The translations under genes were made by a program, and so were the position numbers. Positions 36,518-49,122 of a stretch of 64,000 bases of DNA are shown here, in pieces (the first letter of the stretch is position 1; each line of letters starts with the position of its first letter). The notes beneath the pieces are model-generated. The model had not been told where the DNA came from, made no database searches, and saw only the letters and a list, made by a program, of their open reading frames with translations. The stretch covers positions 1,116,001-1,180,000 of the forward strand of contig NW_025765392.1 in assembly GCF_003918875.1 (NCBI RefSeq), given 5' to 3'. Source of the stretch: Haliotis rubra (lineage: Eukaryota).

Positions 36518-37433
36518 ATTTGGATCTGAAATATGGGGTTTTCAGCGTATTGATTGTATTGAGAGAGTGCATCTTTTAGCCTGTAAAAAGTACCTCAATG
36601 TAAGCTCAAAGACACCTAACTGCATGGTATATGGCGAATGTGGCAGATTTCCTTTGTATATCAATTCTCACATAAGATGTTTAAAATATTGGTTTAAGGT
36701 TCTAAATATGCACGAACAACGTCTGCCAAAATTAGCTTACAATATGCTTTTAAATCTGGATAATTTGGGAAAACACACTTGGGTAACCGATATCAGAAAT
36801 TTATTATTTTCTCACGGTTTCGGTTTCGTATGGTTGAGCCAAACAATTGGCGATGTGAACTGGTTTATTAATGAATTTCGTGTTAGATCAATAGATATGT
36901 TCAATCAAGAATGGAAATCCACCCTAGATTCAAGCTCACGATATGAATATTACAGGACCTTTAAAAAGTTACTCCAGCCAGAAAAATACTTATCAATAAT
37001 TACAACATATAGTTTAAGAACAATGTTCGTAAAGTATCGTTTAGGTTTGTTATCTTTAATGATTAATGAGGGTAGAAAAACCTCTGTCCAGAAAGAACGT
37101 CGATATTGTCCTTTATGTAACGTTGGAATAGAAAATGAATTCATTTTACCCTGATATGTCCTTGTTTTCACGAATTAAGACAGAAATATATACCGCACCA
37201 TCTTCTTGCAAAGCAGCCCCATTATGCATATGTATCTTTGTTACAAACCAATAATGAAAATATTCTTGCTCAATTGTCCTCATATATAAAATATGCATTA
37301 GCTAAAAGAGATCTTCTTATAAAGCGAATTGTATACCCTTAAATATATATGTAAATATCCAGAATATTCCTTTATCACTGTAACTCTCATGTATATGGGC
37401 CGGAGGCCTTTCATACAATAAACATCTTTTGAC
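36518..37433 (+). mobile_element. 5'-truncated non-LTR retrotransposon (RTE-X-like ORF2 C-terminus plus 3' UTR)
   Basis: GSEIWG..IERVH..VYGECGRFPL..CPLC motifs, AATAAA, flanking tttgac; the empty site is seen in the paralogous unit near 48330. Confidence 0.85.
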
Positions 37434-38505
37434 TTTGACCACTTTCTATATGGCATAGTCTAATCACCATAAATCATGTTATTATCTCTTTGCATTAAAA
37501 ACATGGCATGGCATCAAATAATGCACAGTTAGTTTATTCCAGTGGTACGTATTGAAACTACGGGTTCACAAATACAGACTTAACCTCAGGAATTAGAAAA
37601 ATGAATCGAACATTTGCCCATGCTTCATTTGGAATGGGCAAGTGTAACACAATTATGGATCTTGATAAATTGCATGGAGCTCATGAATGTCTGAAACTGT
37701 CGTCGTTTTAAGTAGGTGGACTGATTGATGTTTGATCGTTCTGAAAGTTACACGGGTAATGAACCACATCATTCCACGACTCACGACTGGATGTCCCAAC
37801 GTCAGGTGGCTGTGTCACTGTACAGATGTTTACAAAACAATGATGACGTTGCCGAACGGCCACGTGCACGACGTCGGCTCGTCACAACGCCAAGAAAGAT
37901 GAATACGGGTGACACATCTCAGGCCAAGGTTCAAGACTGCAGTGACCACTACTCAGACTACCCCAGAACTTCCACGTATCTGCTGCAAACGAGATAAGCG
38001 CCTATAGTTGAGTCAAAATCATGACTATCAACCTTGGTTGTGGTGGGCGTTGTTTCTACAGAAGTGTCCGTTTTTAACGTTGGCTGTAATGACGCACGTG
38101 GTGTGATCTAGAGTGATCCGATTTTCGGACCACTAACAATTCCGTTTCTTCAACGTTATGGCAACATGATAATGCCCGCTAGAGTTACAATGGTGAATCG
38201 TCAACCGCAAAAAAGTTTTAGTACTGTCTTGTCGTGCAAATCAACTATCTCTCTCCACTCTATAGAGCAGGTGTGCGATGAAATGGCTCCCTCTCTACGT
38301 GCCCAATCCGCCGTTCATGATTTGGCGGCATGAGTCATAGACATGAAAGATGCTGTTCTGCCGTCTTCGAATAATCACAAGATCCACAGATTAAATATTT
38401 CATTATTACATTTTTAAATAGTGAAATAATTCTAACAATCAACAGCTTCGTTTAGTATATGATGATCCAGAATATACTTGAATGATAATTCAATACAGAT
38501 ATATT

Positions 38506-39729
38506 TTATTGTGTTGTCTTGACGAGGAATCCCACAGACACAACCATCCAAAGAACCGTGAATATAACCATACACAGAGAGTCAGCAGTTACACAGTACC
38601 CAACAGAAATACTCTGACCTTCTAGAACCTTTCCAATTCCATTTCCATTGCCAGCCGAACCATCGGTTTTACAATCCAGTTGAACCTGGTCCATGATCCT
38701 GCGTCTACTTCCTGGTAAGGAGCAAAAACGAGGAATCACAAATAATGGTGACTGTGGGATTTTCTTGTTGACCTTCGAAGGATCTTTCATGACGATGAAG
38801 ATGGTGGCGACCACGGACAGAACGCTGATACCGAGGAGACACGTTAGATACAGGGTGACCATTGGGATGTTGTCAGATGATTTAGGAAGTATTTCACTCA
38901 CGATGCTCATGAATACAGTCAGAGAGAGAAGGCACGTGATGGCATACGAAACCTTCTCGCCACAGTCACACGGAAGCAAGAAGACGAATATGTTGAGAAA
39001 TGAAAGCACAACAACAGGTATTATTACATTGAGGACAAAGAACATCGGTCGCCTTTCAAGATCAATGTCAACGTAAAGGAATGAGAATGTGGTATCTTCA
39101 AAGGTTCTTTCAGTAGTGTATGCTCTGGAAGCTGAAACACCCCATTCTCCATTTTCTGTGTACCCTTGGGTGTCTGCGCTGACGCGTGATGAAACCATCT
39201 TCAGCTTATTTGAATCATAGCTGACGGGTAGAAATCGGAACTGGCATGTCTGAACATCAAATGGAAATAAAGTCAGATCTAACTTGCAGTCAGTAACAAA
39301 GTTTGCCCCAGGTAACCAAGTTACTCTGCCGTCGCTGTTAACTGTAATGGAGGATGTCTCGTCTTTGAAGACATCCCGATCCTCAACAGACACTGGTACG
39401 TTGAGTTTCGGTCTCCATATGTCAGTCAGTGGAGGGTGTATAGACTTTATGCCGCTATAATCCTCAGGATTCCAGGTGAGAAACTCGTCCCGCCATGTTA
39501 GATTCATCCACACGTTGCTGTGGAGGATCTGTCTGACCTGGTCTACTTCAGTTATGGCCACCAAGTTGAATCTGCTGTGAACGTCAACATGTTGACTCTG
39601 GTTGTATACTGGTCTGATTTTAGTGCTGTAGTTTCCAAACAGGTCACTGCACAGTTTCTTCATCCCCTCAATACTGCCTGTTGCAGATCTACACAAAGCC
39701 AACAGCACCAACACATACAGGAGCTTCAT
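38506..39729 (-). CDS. nAChR-like Cys-loop channel subunit with intronless CDS, copy B (407 aa)
   Basis: Intact ORF, close paralog of copy A with the same motifs. Confidence 0.95.
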   Translation of the reverse strand: MKLLYVLVLLALCRSATGSIEGMKKLCSDLFGNYSTKIRPVYNQSQHVDVHSRFNLVAITEVDQVRQILHSNVWMNLTWRDEFLTWNPEDYSGIKSIHPPLTDIWRPKLNVPVSVEDRDVFKDETSSITVNSDGRVTWLPGANFVTDCKLDLTLFPFDVQTCQFRFLPVSYDSNKLKMVSSRVSADTQGYTENGEWGVSASRAYTTERTFEDTTFSFLYVDIDLERRPMFFVLNVIIPVVVLSFLNIFVFLLPCDCGEKVSYAITCLLSLTVFMSIVSEILPKSSDNIPMVTLYLTCLLGISVLSVVATIFIVMKDPSKVNKKIPQSPLFVIPRFCSLPGSRRRIMDQVQLDCKTDGSAGNGNGIGKVLEGQSISVGYCVTADSLCMVIFTVLWMVVSVGFLVKTTQ

Positions 39730-41354
39730 CTTCCTGTGTCCCCTTTGAATGTAATGAGGCACTGATCCTCACAGTTTTATTAAATCCTATCTACATTTCC
39801 AGTTTGTTAGCTTGCTGGCGTTAGAAAACCACCAGACACGTGAGAATAATTTGTTCAGTCTTGATGGGTGATTGAACAAACAAGACAGATAGCCAAACAA
39901 ATCAATGGCCATTAAACGCTTCGGCTTTTGTCATTCGGCAAGCTATGTTGATAATTAGACGGATATTCCAGCACTAATGGAACCTAAGTATCCCTGCACA
40001 ATGCTGTTTCTCACGACATTGAATTAATGGCATTGTTTACACATCGATACTGACGGATATAAAGGATAGCATCATCCTTACAGGGATTACCAATACTTGA
40101 TACGTTCCGAATTTGTAACACTGTGTATGCAATATGTTATAGGGTACAACGTTATGGTTTCGTCAGTTGTCCTCGTGAACAACATTATTTCTCAACTGAT
40201 GTTGCTGTTGTACAAACATCTCAAGTGAGTTGCTAACCAACAAACGTTTCATCTCAAGACAGAGTGAGTAATCTGTCAATTTCATTGTATTGTACATAGA
40301 TAGTTTGATATCCAACAGAGTACAGAACTGGTTGTCCAGTTCAGGTCAAGTAAAGTTCTTACTGTTGACCCCAGTTATGGAGCGAATGTTTGTCTATGTG
40401 ATGCACAGGTAAGTCTATCTGCATCACTGCAACACAGAGCCAGCACATCGTACCGTCGGGCACAAGGACTCCATCATACAGATAATACATTGTATCCATG
40501 CAATTCTCTCATACCCTTTGTATCCTCTGAGGATTGCATGGATACAATGACATTGTATTATGCACCCCAAACTATACTGGTAACTACGAAAATTCCACGG
40601 CAAAATTGATAATGATGTTACATACATATTTCATTGTGCTTAATTGTCCGCCATAGCAACGTGTATTTTCGTTGAGCTGTCACATTGATTTACTGATACT
40701 GCAGATCGACGGAAGAAGGTATTTTTATCCAACACTACAGGAGGATGGGTTTGCCCTCAAGGTGGTTGTCATATAGTTTCAAACCATGAATGACTACGAA
40801 ACCACAAGGCAGCGTCAAGGTAACCATTTTGTAATGGTAAGCACAGAATATCACCTGTGGACGTGATTGACAAACCATGGACACCACAAATGGCTCCATA
40901 ATCACATTAACAATCACAAACATTTCAGTTGGCCAATAAATAGCAAAGCACGTACACATGTCTAGGCGTGACCTATTCGATATATTCGTGTGTTCCAGAT
41001 GTTTCACAGCATGTATATTCTTAAGGGTGAACAATGGCATAATACACAATTATGTCGGTAAATGTATCACTCTGGACCCTTAAAAACTGGGATATTTTGT
41101 GGATAAACAACTGGTATTTTGTTAATAGTCTAAAACATATGTGTCTGCCTCTGTGTGTGCGTGTTTGTTTGGGCTATGTATTAACGAGCACCATCAAACA
41201 ATCAAATGGTTGAACCATTGCGATGAAAATATCTACACATGATGAATGATAAGATAAAGGTTTACGTTTCAGCCTCAAACACAACACAAAGTGTTCAGTC
41301 ACTGCAAATGTTGCTTAGATCCACTTGTGATTTTTGCTAATTGCCAAATGTTGT

Positions 41355-41433
41355 TGCAGTCTCTTCATCCCCTCATTACTGCTGCTGCAGATCTCCACAG
41401 GGCCAACAGCACAAGAACATACAGGAGCTTCAT
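41355..41433 (-). pseudogene. 5' fragment (signal-peptide region) of a further receptor copy, with upstream flank to about 41660
   Basis: Reads MKLLYVLVLLALWRSAA, then frameshifts and truncates; upstream sequence is homologous to that of the other copies. Confidence 0.85.
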
Positions 41434-42477
41434 CTTCCTTCGTCGCCTTGATAGTAATACGGCACTAATGAGCAGCTATTTATTAAATACGATCTACAGT
41501 TTCCGTTGGAGAATCGTCACACATGTGAGAACAATTTGTTCAGTCTTGGCGGACAAACAAGACAAACAGACAAACTATTAAATGGCCGTCGAGCTTTAAT
41601 GCATCCATTAAACGATTTGGCTTTTGTCATTCAGCAAGCTATGTTGACAATTGGACCGGTATTTGTTATTGCTTGTCAAGGGGCACTTACTGCCACAAGG
41701 TTACACTCATCAATTCCAAGAGATGAACTAAGTCAATATCTTTTCTTGTCTCTTAATATGCAAATGAGGTCTAGATGATGGACATTTATTTCCTTTGAAC
41801 TGAAGGAGATCAGTTAACATTAATATATCCACCTTTCACCATTTAGAACAATACAAACGTGTGATTATCTAGTTAACAATTACAAATGAAGCAAACTCAG
41901 TCTGGTATGGGTTGAACAATATCTTTTTGGCTGCCTGAGGGTTTATCATCACCTTCCAATACATACACGTGTTTCTCTATTTTGGCATCTCGTATTGTGT
42001 TTAAAACAACGGATGTATTTGTTGTTTACACAGACATGGTGAGAAGACGCCCTTTTTGACACAATTTACATCCATGTTGCATTATTGTCTTAACGTAAAG
42101 AGATTTATGATTAGAAACTGTATACTGCCCACAAAAGGCAAATGTGAAAACAGGGAATCAGTATAGATAAAAACATATACTAACGGGAAAGGTAACAGTG
42201 CATAAAATGAAAAAGCATCAAATCTATTTGAAAAGTATAAAGCCTCAGGACCGGCCGACCAAGCGGGACGTCACATCAACAACCAAGACAACCATATTCG
42301 GCTGACCCATCTCAAGAATCGATTCCAGATTGTCAGTTTGGGATGCAGCACATCTCATGGTCGGACACAACTTGTCATTGTCAATGGCAATCATTGGTCC
42401 CCATGTGTGTGGCGAAAAGATTCAGATTCTATACTGAAAGCCATTGAAAACGCAATTTTCACACTAATTTCAACATA

Positions 42478-42880
42478 TATATAAACCTAACTGGCAAGAT
42501 ATGTTTGCGGAACATCTGTGAATGAACGTCTGTGAATAATTTCCCATCTGAAAATGTCAAGGTCAACAACAACATCAGTGACGCAACAACGACATAAAAC
42601 AAAGGAGGGGTCAATTTGCAAAGTCAATATCGTGTGTCAACCGTGCGCTGCAAGACATGCTCGCAGTCTTTGGGGCATTGAAAGACACACACATTTCTGG
42701 GAACAGCTGTTGATGGTCTGCAGCCTCCTGATGGTCTGTGGTCTGATCATGACACCACCCAAAACGATCATGTTCAAAGACACAGTTTGGCGCAAGTCTT
42801 TCTCCTTTACGTCGATAAATCTGTTGACGTCCATCTGCAAAGGGATAAGTTAAACCTGGATTCATCTACGTTCAGGCCGT
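42478..42880 (-). mobile_element. Tc1 transposase fragment
   Basis: DESRFNL and RRKGERLAPNCVFEHDRFG motifs on the minus strand. Confidence 0.65.
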
Positions 42881-43214
42881 CCGGCATACGACCCATCCTG
42901 ACGCAACATTGTCGAGAAAATTGCCTAAAGTTATTGCCAAAATCATGACGTTCGTGGCTTGTATAACATAGGCTAAGACCTTCCACAAGGACATTCCGCA
43001 CTGCCATCTCCGTATGATCTTAATATCCACTGATCAAAGTGTGCATGGTAACCTTTTCATTGCTGTTATTCTTTTAAATCGAGAAAGAATTTTAAGAAAG
43101 AACAGCCTCGTTTAGTAGTATATATGGTAATCCATCAGGATATTTCTGAATGATTATTAAGTACAACAATTTAAGACTTTACCATACCTGGCAGAAAGTT
43201 ATGAGAAGGTTGTT

Positions 43215-44452
43215 TTACTGTGTTATCTGGACGAGGAATCCCACAGACACAACCATCCAAAGAACCGTGAATATAACCACAGAGAGTCAGCAGTTACAAT
43301 AGCACTCACAGAAATACTTTGACCTTCTAGGAACCTTAATCCAATTCCATTTCCATTGCCAGCTTCAAACCAATGGTTTTAGAATCCAGTTGAACCTGGC
43401 CCATGATCCTGCCCACTTCCTGGAAATGGTAAGGGAGCAAAAACGAGGAATCACAAAATAATGGTGACTGTGGGATTTTCTTGTTGACCTCGCAGGATCT
43501 TTCATGACGATGAGGATGGTGGCGACCACGGACAGAACGCTGATACCGAGGAGACATATGTGATACAGGGTGACAATTGGGATGTTGTCGGATGATTTAG
43601 GAAGTAGTTCACCTAATGATGCTCATGAATACAGTCAGAGCGAGAAGGCACGTGATGGCATACGAAACCTTCTCGCCACAGTCACACGGAAGAAGAAGAC
43701 GAATATGTTGAGAAATGAAAGCACAACAACAGGTATTATTACGTGAGGACAAAGCACATCGGTCGCCTTTCAAGGTCAATGTCAACGTAAAGGATAGAGA
43801 AGAAGGTGGAATCTACGAAGGTTCTTTCAGTAGTGTATGCTCTGGAAGCTGGAAAGAATCCATTCTCCATTTTCTGTGTACTCTTGCGTGTTTGCGCTGA
43901 TGAATGATGAAACCATCTTCAGCTTATTTGAATCATGGCTCGACAGGTAGAAATCGGAACTGGCATGTCCGAACATCAAATGGAAATAAAGTCAGATCTA
44001 ATTTGCAGTCAGTAACAAAGGCTTGCCCCAGGAAACCAAATTACTATACCGTCGCTGTTAACTGTAATAGAGGATGTCTCTCGTCTTTGAAGACATCCCG
44101 ATCCTCAACAGACACTGGTACGTTGAGTTTCGGTCTCCATATGTCAGTCAGTGGAGGGTTTATAGACTTTATGCCGCTATAATCCTCAGGATTCCAGGTG
44201 AGAAACTCGTCCCGCCATGTTAGATTCATCCACACGTTGCTGTGGAGGATCTGTCTGACCTGGTCTATTTCAGTTATGGCCACCAAGTTGAATCTGCTGT
44301 GAACGTCAACATGTTGACTCTGGTTGTATACTGGTCTGATCTTAGAGCTGTAGTTTCCAAACAGGTCGCTGTACAGTCTCTTCATCGCCTCAATACTGCC
44401 TGCTGCAGATCTACATTGCGGCCAACAGCACCAGCACATACAGGAGCTTCAT
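43215..44452 (-). pseudogene. Full-length receptor copy C with many small frameshifting indels (pseudogene or poorly polished sequence)
   Basis: Collinear with the paralogs from ATG (44452) to TAA (43215); track ORFs 44044-44439 and 43336-43557 are fragments of it. Confidence 0.85.
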
Positions 44453-44844
44453 CGTCCTGGTTCCCTTTGAAGACGTAATGGGGAAATGATACGCATATTT
44501 GTATTAAATACTATCTACATTGCCAGTAGCTTGCTGGCGTTGGAGAACCACCACCAAATGAAAACAATTTGTTCAGTCTTAGTGGATGACTGAACAAACA
44601 AGTCAGATGGCCAAAGTAATCAATGGCCATTAAACGCTTTGACTTTTGTCATTCAGCAAGCTATGGTGACAAATAGACCGATATTTCAGCACTAATGGAA
44701 CCTAATGTTCCATGCACAATGCTTTGTCTCACGAAACTTAGTAAACGGCATTGTTTACACATCGATACCACCAATACTTAACGCGTTTCAAATTTGTAAC
44801 ACTGTGTATGCAATAAGGTATTGGGTACAAAGTTATAGTTTCGT

Positions 44845-45147
44845 AGACCGCCGGTGTAGTGGTTAAGAGCGTCCGCCCGCAGAGTGGAAGGTCGCGGGTT
44901 CCCTGCCTGGCGCTCGGCATTAATGGGTACAACAAGGACTGTTCGAATCGGAGTCAGTATAATGTGTCTGAGTGGGGTATTCATGCTTCACTGCGTCATG
45001 GTATCTCAGTGGGCTAGCACTATAAAACCAGCTTAAGTCTGGGCTAGTACAAGCAGCCGCGCATACATACACGCATGCACGTCGTCATATGAGCGAAATA
45101 TTCTCAAGCACGACGTAAAACCCAATTTCACCTCACCTGACCTCACC
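44845..45147 (+). mobile_element. tRNA-derived SINE family C (V-domain-like)
   Basis: tRNA-like head, ccctgcctggcgctcggcatt..gtcagtataatgtg core, (CACCT)n tail, TSD tatagtttcgt; the empty site is visible in paralogous flanks near 35170 and 40155. Confidence 0.88.
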
Positions 45148-45676
45148 TATAGTTTCGTCAATCGTCTACGTGAACAGCATTACTTCTTCATTGATGTTGC
45201 ACAAGCGTCATAAGTGCGTTGCTAACCAGCAAACATTTCATGTCGAGACAGAGTGAGTGATCTGCCAATAAATCATTGTATCGTATAGACATAGGCTTAA
45301 TATCGATCATATCATACTTTGACGTTGGAGTACAGAACCGGCTGTCCAATCCCGGTCCAGTACCGTACTTACTGTTGGCCAGACAGCAGGTCCCAGTTAT
45401 GGAGCGAATGTTGTTTTATCTGATGCACAGGCGTGTCTATCTGTATCACTGCAACTCTGAGCCTGGCAATTCATACAGTCGGGCACAAAGACTCCATCAT
45501 ACAGATAAGACATTGTGTCCATGCAATCCTCCTTACTCGCTTCTCACAATCGTGTGGTAGTGGTCACTTTCCACCCCAAAACTGATGGGTTTGCCCTCAA
45601 GGTGGTAATCATTTAGTTTCAAGCCATGAATGACTACGAAAACACAAGGCCCAGCGTCAAGGTAACCATTTGTAAC

Positions 45677-45753
45677 ATTCGTCCTGCCATGTTAAGTTCA
45701 TCAACACGTCGCTGTCACCTGGTCTACTTCAGTTGTGGCCGCCAAGTTCAATC
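45677..45753 (-). pseudogene. Short internally deleted receptor fragment (LNLAATTEVDQV / SDVLMNLTWQDE)
   Basis: Reverse complement matches the FNLVAITEVDQV and SNVLMNLTWRDE coding segments of the paralogs. Confidence 0.7.
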
Positions 45754-45811
45754 CAACTCTACTTTAGGAGTTTGCCCTCACGGTGGTAGTGATTCAGTTT
45801 CAATGTAGTTA

Positions 45812-46476
45812 TGCAGTATGTGTATGTTTACGTATACGTGTATATGTGTACGTGTCCGTGTATGTGTATGTGTGTACGTGTATATGTGTATGTGTACGTG
45901 TATGTGTACGTGTACGTGTATATGTGTACGTGCTTATTTACATGTATGTGTACGTATACGTGTATGTGTATATACGTGTATATGTGTATGTGTATACGTG
46001 TATGTGTATGTGTATGTGTATGTGCGATGTGTATGTGTACGTGTATATGTGCATGTGTATGTGTGTATGTGTGCGTTTACATGTATGTGCACGTATATGT
46101 GTATGTGTGTATGTGTATATAATACGTGTATGTGTATGTGTATATGTGTATATGTGTATTATGTATGTGCATGTGTACGTGTACGTGTATGTATGTACGT
46201 GTACGTGTATATGTGCATGTGTATGTGTATGTGTACGTGTACGTATATGTGTATGTGTACGTGTATATGTGTACCTGTACGTGTATATGTGTACGTGATT
46301 ATGTGTATGGATGTGTACGTGTACGTGTATATGTGTACGTGTTGTACGTGATATATGTGTACGTGTATGTATGTATACGTGTACGTGTATATGTGTACGT
46401 GTGTATATGTGTAGGTGTATATGTGTACGTCTACGTGTATGTACATTTATGTGTTAGTGTATGTGTATGTGTGTGT
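45812..46476. repeat. Compound purine-pyrimidine microsatellite (TGTA/TACG/TGTG)
   Basis: About 660 bp of nearly uninterrupted RY alternation. Confidence 0.97.
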
Positions 46477-47935
46477 TTTGGTTAACAATATGTTTCTCTT
46501 CACTGTTCTTGAAAACAAACTCTTTACTCAAGCATTGAACCCAGAAGGCTATTTATCAACTAAAGCACCATCAAACAATGAAGTGGTTGATCCTTTGCGG
46601 TGAAGAAAACACCAATAAGCAGTAATACAATACAAAGTTTTCAGTCGTTAGAAATGATCGTTAGAGTCACTTGTGAGTTTTTCGCATGCGTCAAAACAGA
46701 ATCTGGTATCACGTATCGTTTTGTCATCATAATATAAAAATCCTTTTGAACTGAACCCTAAAATAACACTTTGATGATTTTTTAAACCAGTACATTTCAG
46801 AAAATGCCAGTTTTAGCGTATACGACATGCAGTAAATGATAAACTGAAGCATTTGAAGTGTATAATGAATTTCTAAACGTTATCAATTATTGCTTGACTG
46901 CCGCAAGTTACACTCATCAAATCCAAGAGATGAACTAAGTCAATATCTTTTGTTTTCTCTTAATATGCAGATAAGGTCCAGGGTGATGGACATTTATTTT
47001 CTTTGAACTGAAGGAAATCAGTTATTATTGATATTCACCTTTCACCTTTTAGAACAATACAAACGTGAAATTGTCTAGTTTCCATAACAACTGAAGCAAA
47101 CTTAGCCTGGTATGGATTGAACAATGTGCTTTGGGCTGCCAGAGGGTTTGTCATTACCTTCCAATACATACACGTATTTCTCTAGTTTGGCATCTCGTAT
47201 TGTGTTAAAAACCGGATGTATTAGTTGTTTACCCAGATACAGTGAGAACACGCACTTTTTACACAATTTATATCTACTTTCCATTATTGTCTTAATACAA
47301 AGAGATTTATGAATAAAAACTTTTATACTGCCTACGATAGTGTAAATGTGCAAATAGAGTATCACTATATATATAACTATATACTCTAACGGGAAAAAGA
47401 AACAGTGCATAATATCAAATTGCATAACAGCTATTTGAAAGTACAAAAATAACCCTAAATAAACATGCAGCAAGGCATTTTCATGTCACGTATTGTGCGT
47501 GGCACGTGTACTTTAAAAATTGAAGAACAGTTGATTCTTCTCTAGCCTCTGAATGTTGTGGAAAACATGTTAATTTCAACCTAAACTACGCTTACGGACT
47601 CTGCGTCTTTGCGCCGTGGGTATGCTGGGAATGGACTGACCCAAAATGAAGTGGCCAGACATTTTAGTGTCCAACGAAACACGACGTCATCTCTATGTAT
47701 ACGCTTTTCTTCATATTGGGAATACGAGAGAGATTTGCCTCGGACCGGCCGTCCAAGCGGGACGTCACATCAACAACCAAGACAACCATATTCGGCTGAC
47801 CCATCTCAAGAATCGATTCCAGATTGTCAGTTTGGGGATGCAGCACATCTCATGGTCGGACACAACTTGTCATTGTCAATGGAAATCATTGGTCCTCATG
47901 TGCAGCCGAAAAGATTCAGATTCTATTTCTTTTTT

Positions 47936-48320
47936 GGGGTTGAGTCCCATCCGAGTCCCAACCCACGCCCTCAGAGTCAAGCACCTGATCGCCAGCACAC
48001 ACTGTACTGGAATCTTTACTTTACTTTACTAAGTGTACTAATCCCAAATATAACATATGTTATATAAGACAACTTTCTAAATGGCATTGTGTAATCGTAG
48101 CATAGAGAGGTACACAAAGTCCGCAGTCAAGAATACTTGTTGTTCGACTTAAATTTTTGTGGAAGTCGCGGTGGCTGAGCATGTTAGGCGGCTGACTGTG
48201 TGTGATGGCGATTATTTGCCTGACTCTGAAGGTGTGGGTTAGATTCACGGATGGGACTCAACTCAACAAAAGTACTAGAATATGTACTTTACTAAGAAAG
48301 TGTAGTCCCAAATATAACAC
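47936..48320. repeat. Two oppositely oriented tRNA-like repeat segments, each followed on the + strand by an AT-rich motif; partial copy at 36400-36500
   Basis: 47936-48003 is the reverse complement of part of 48164-48262; the gtact.gaat..tactttactaag..cccaaatataa motif occurs three times. Confidence 0.6.
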
Positions 48321-49122
48321 AAGTTACATTTGACCATTTTCTATATGGCATTGTTTAATCACCACAGATCATGTTATTATCTCTTTGCAATAAAAACATG
48401 GCATTGCATCAAATAACGCACAGTTAGTTTATTCCAGTAGTATATATTGAAACTACGGGTTCACAAATACAGATGTAACCTCAGTAATTAGAGAAATGAA
48501 TCAAACATTTGTCCATGCTTCATTTGCGTGGAGCTCATGAATGTCTAAAACTGCCGTCGTTTTAAGTAGGTGGACTGATTCATGTTTGATCGTTCTGATA
48601 GTTACACAGGTAATGAACCACATCATTCCACGACTCACGACAGGATGTCCCAACGTCAGGTGGCTGTGTCACTGTACAAACAATACAATAATCACGTTGC
48701 CTTGCGGCCACTCACACCATCCCAGAACTTCGACGTATCTACCGCAACACAGCCAGGAACGACCTACGTCAATAGGGGTTACGACCAGGTCGTCCGGCAT
48801 ACGACCTATCCTGACGCAAAATCGTCGAGAAAATTGCCTTAAGTTGTGCCAAAATCATCACGCTCGTGGATTGCATAACATCGGCTAAGACCTTCCACAA
48901 GGGACATGCTGCTCTGCCATCTCCGTATGATCTTAATATCCACTGATCAAAGTGTGCATGGTAACCTTTCATTGCTGTTATTCTTTCAAATCGAGAATGA
49001 ATTTTAACAATGATCAGCCTCGTTTAGTATATATGGTAATCCATTAGGATATTTCTGAATGATTATTAAGTACAACAATTTAAGACTTTACCATACTGGC
49101 AGAAAGTCATGAGAAGGTTGTT

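Noticed and set aside
45783-46485. Cys/Val/Tyr/Met-rich ORFs
   Set aside because: Translations of an RY microsatellite in several frames.
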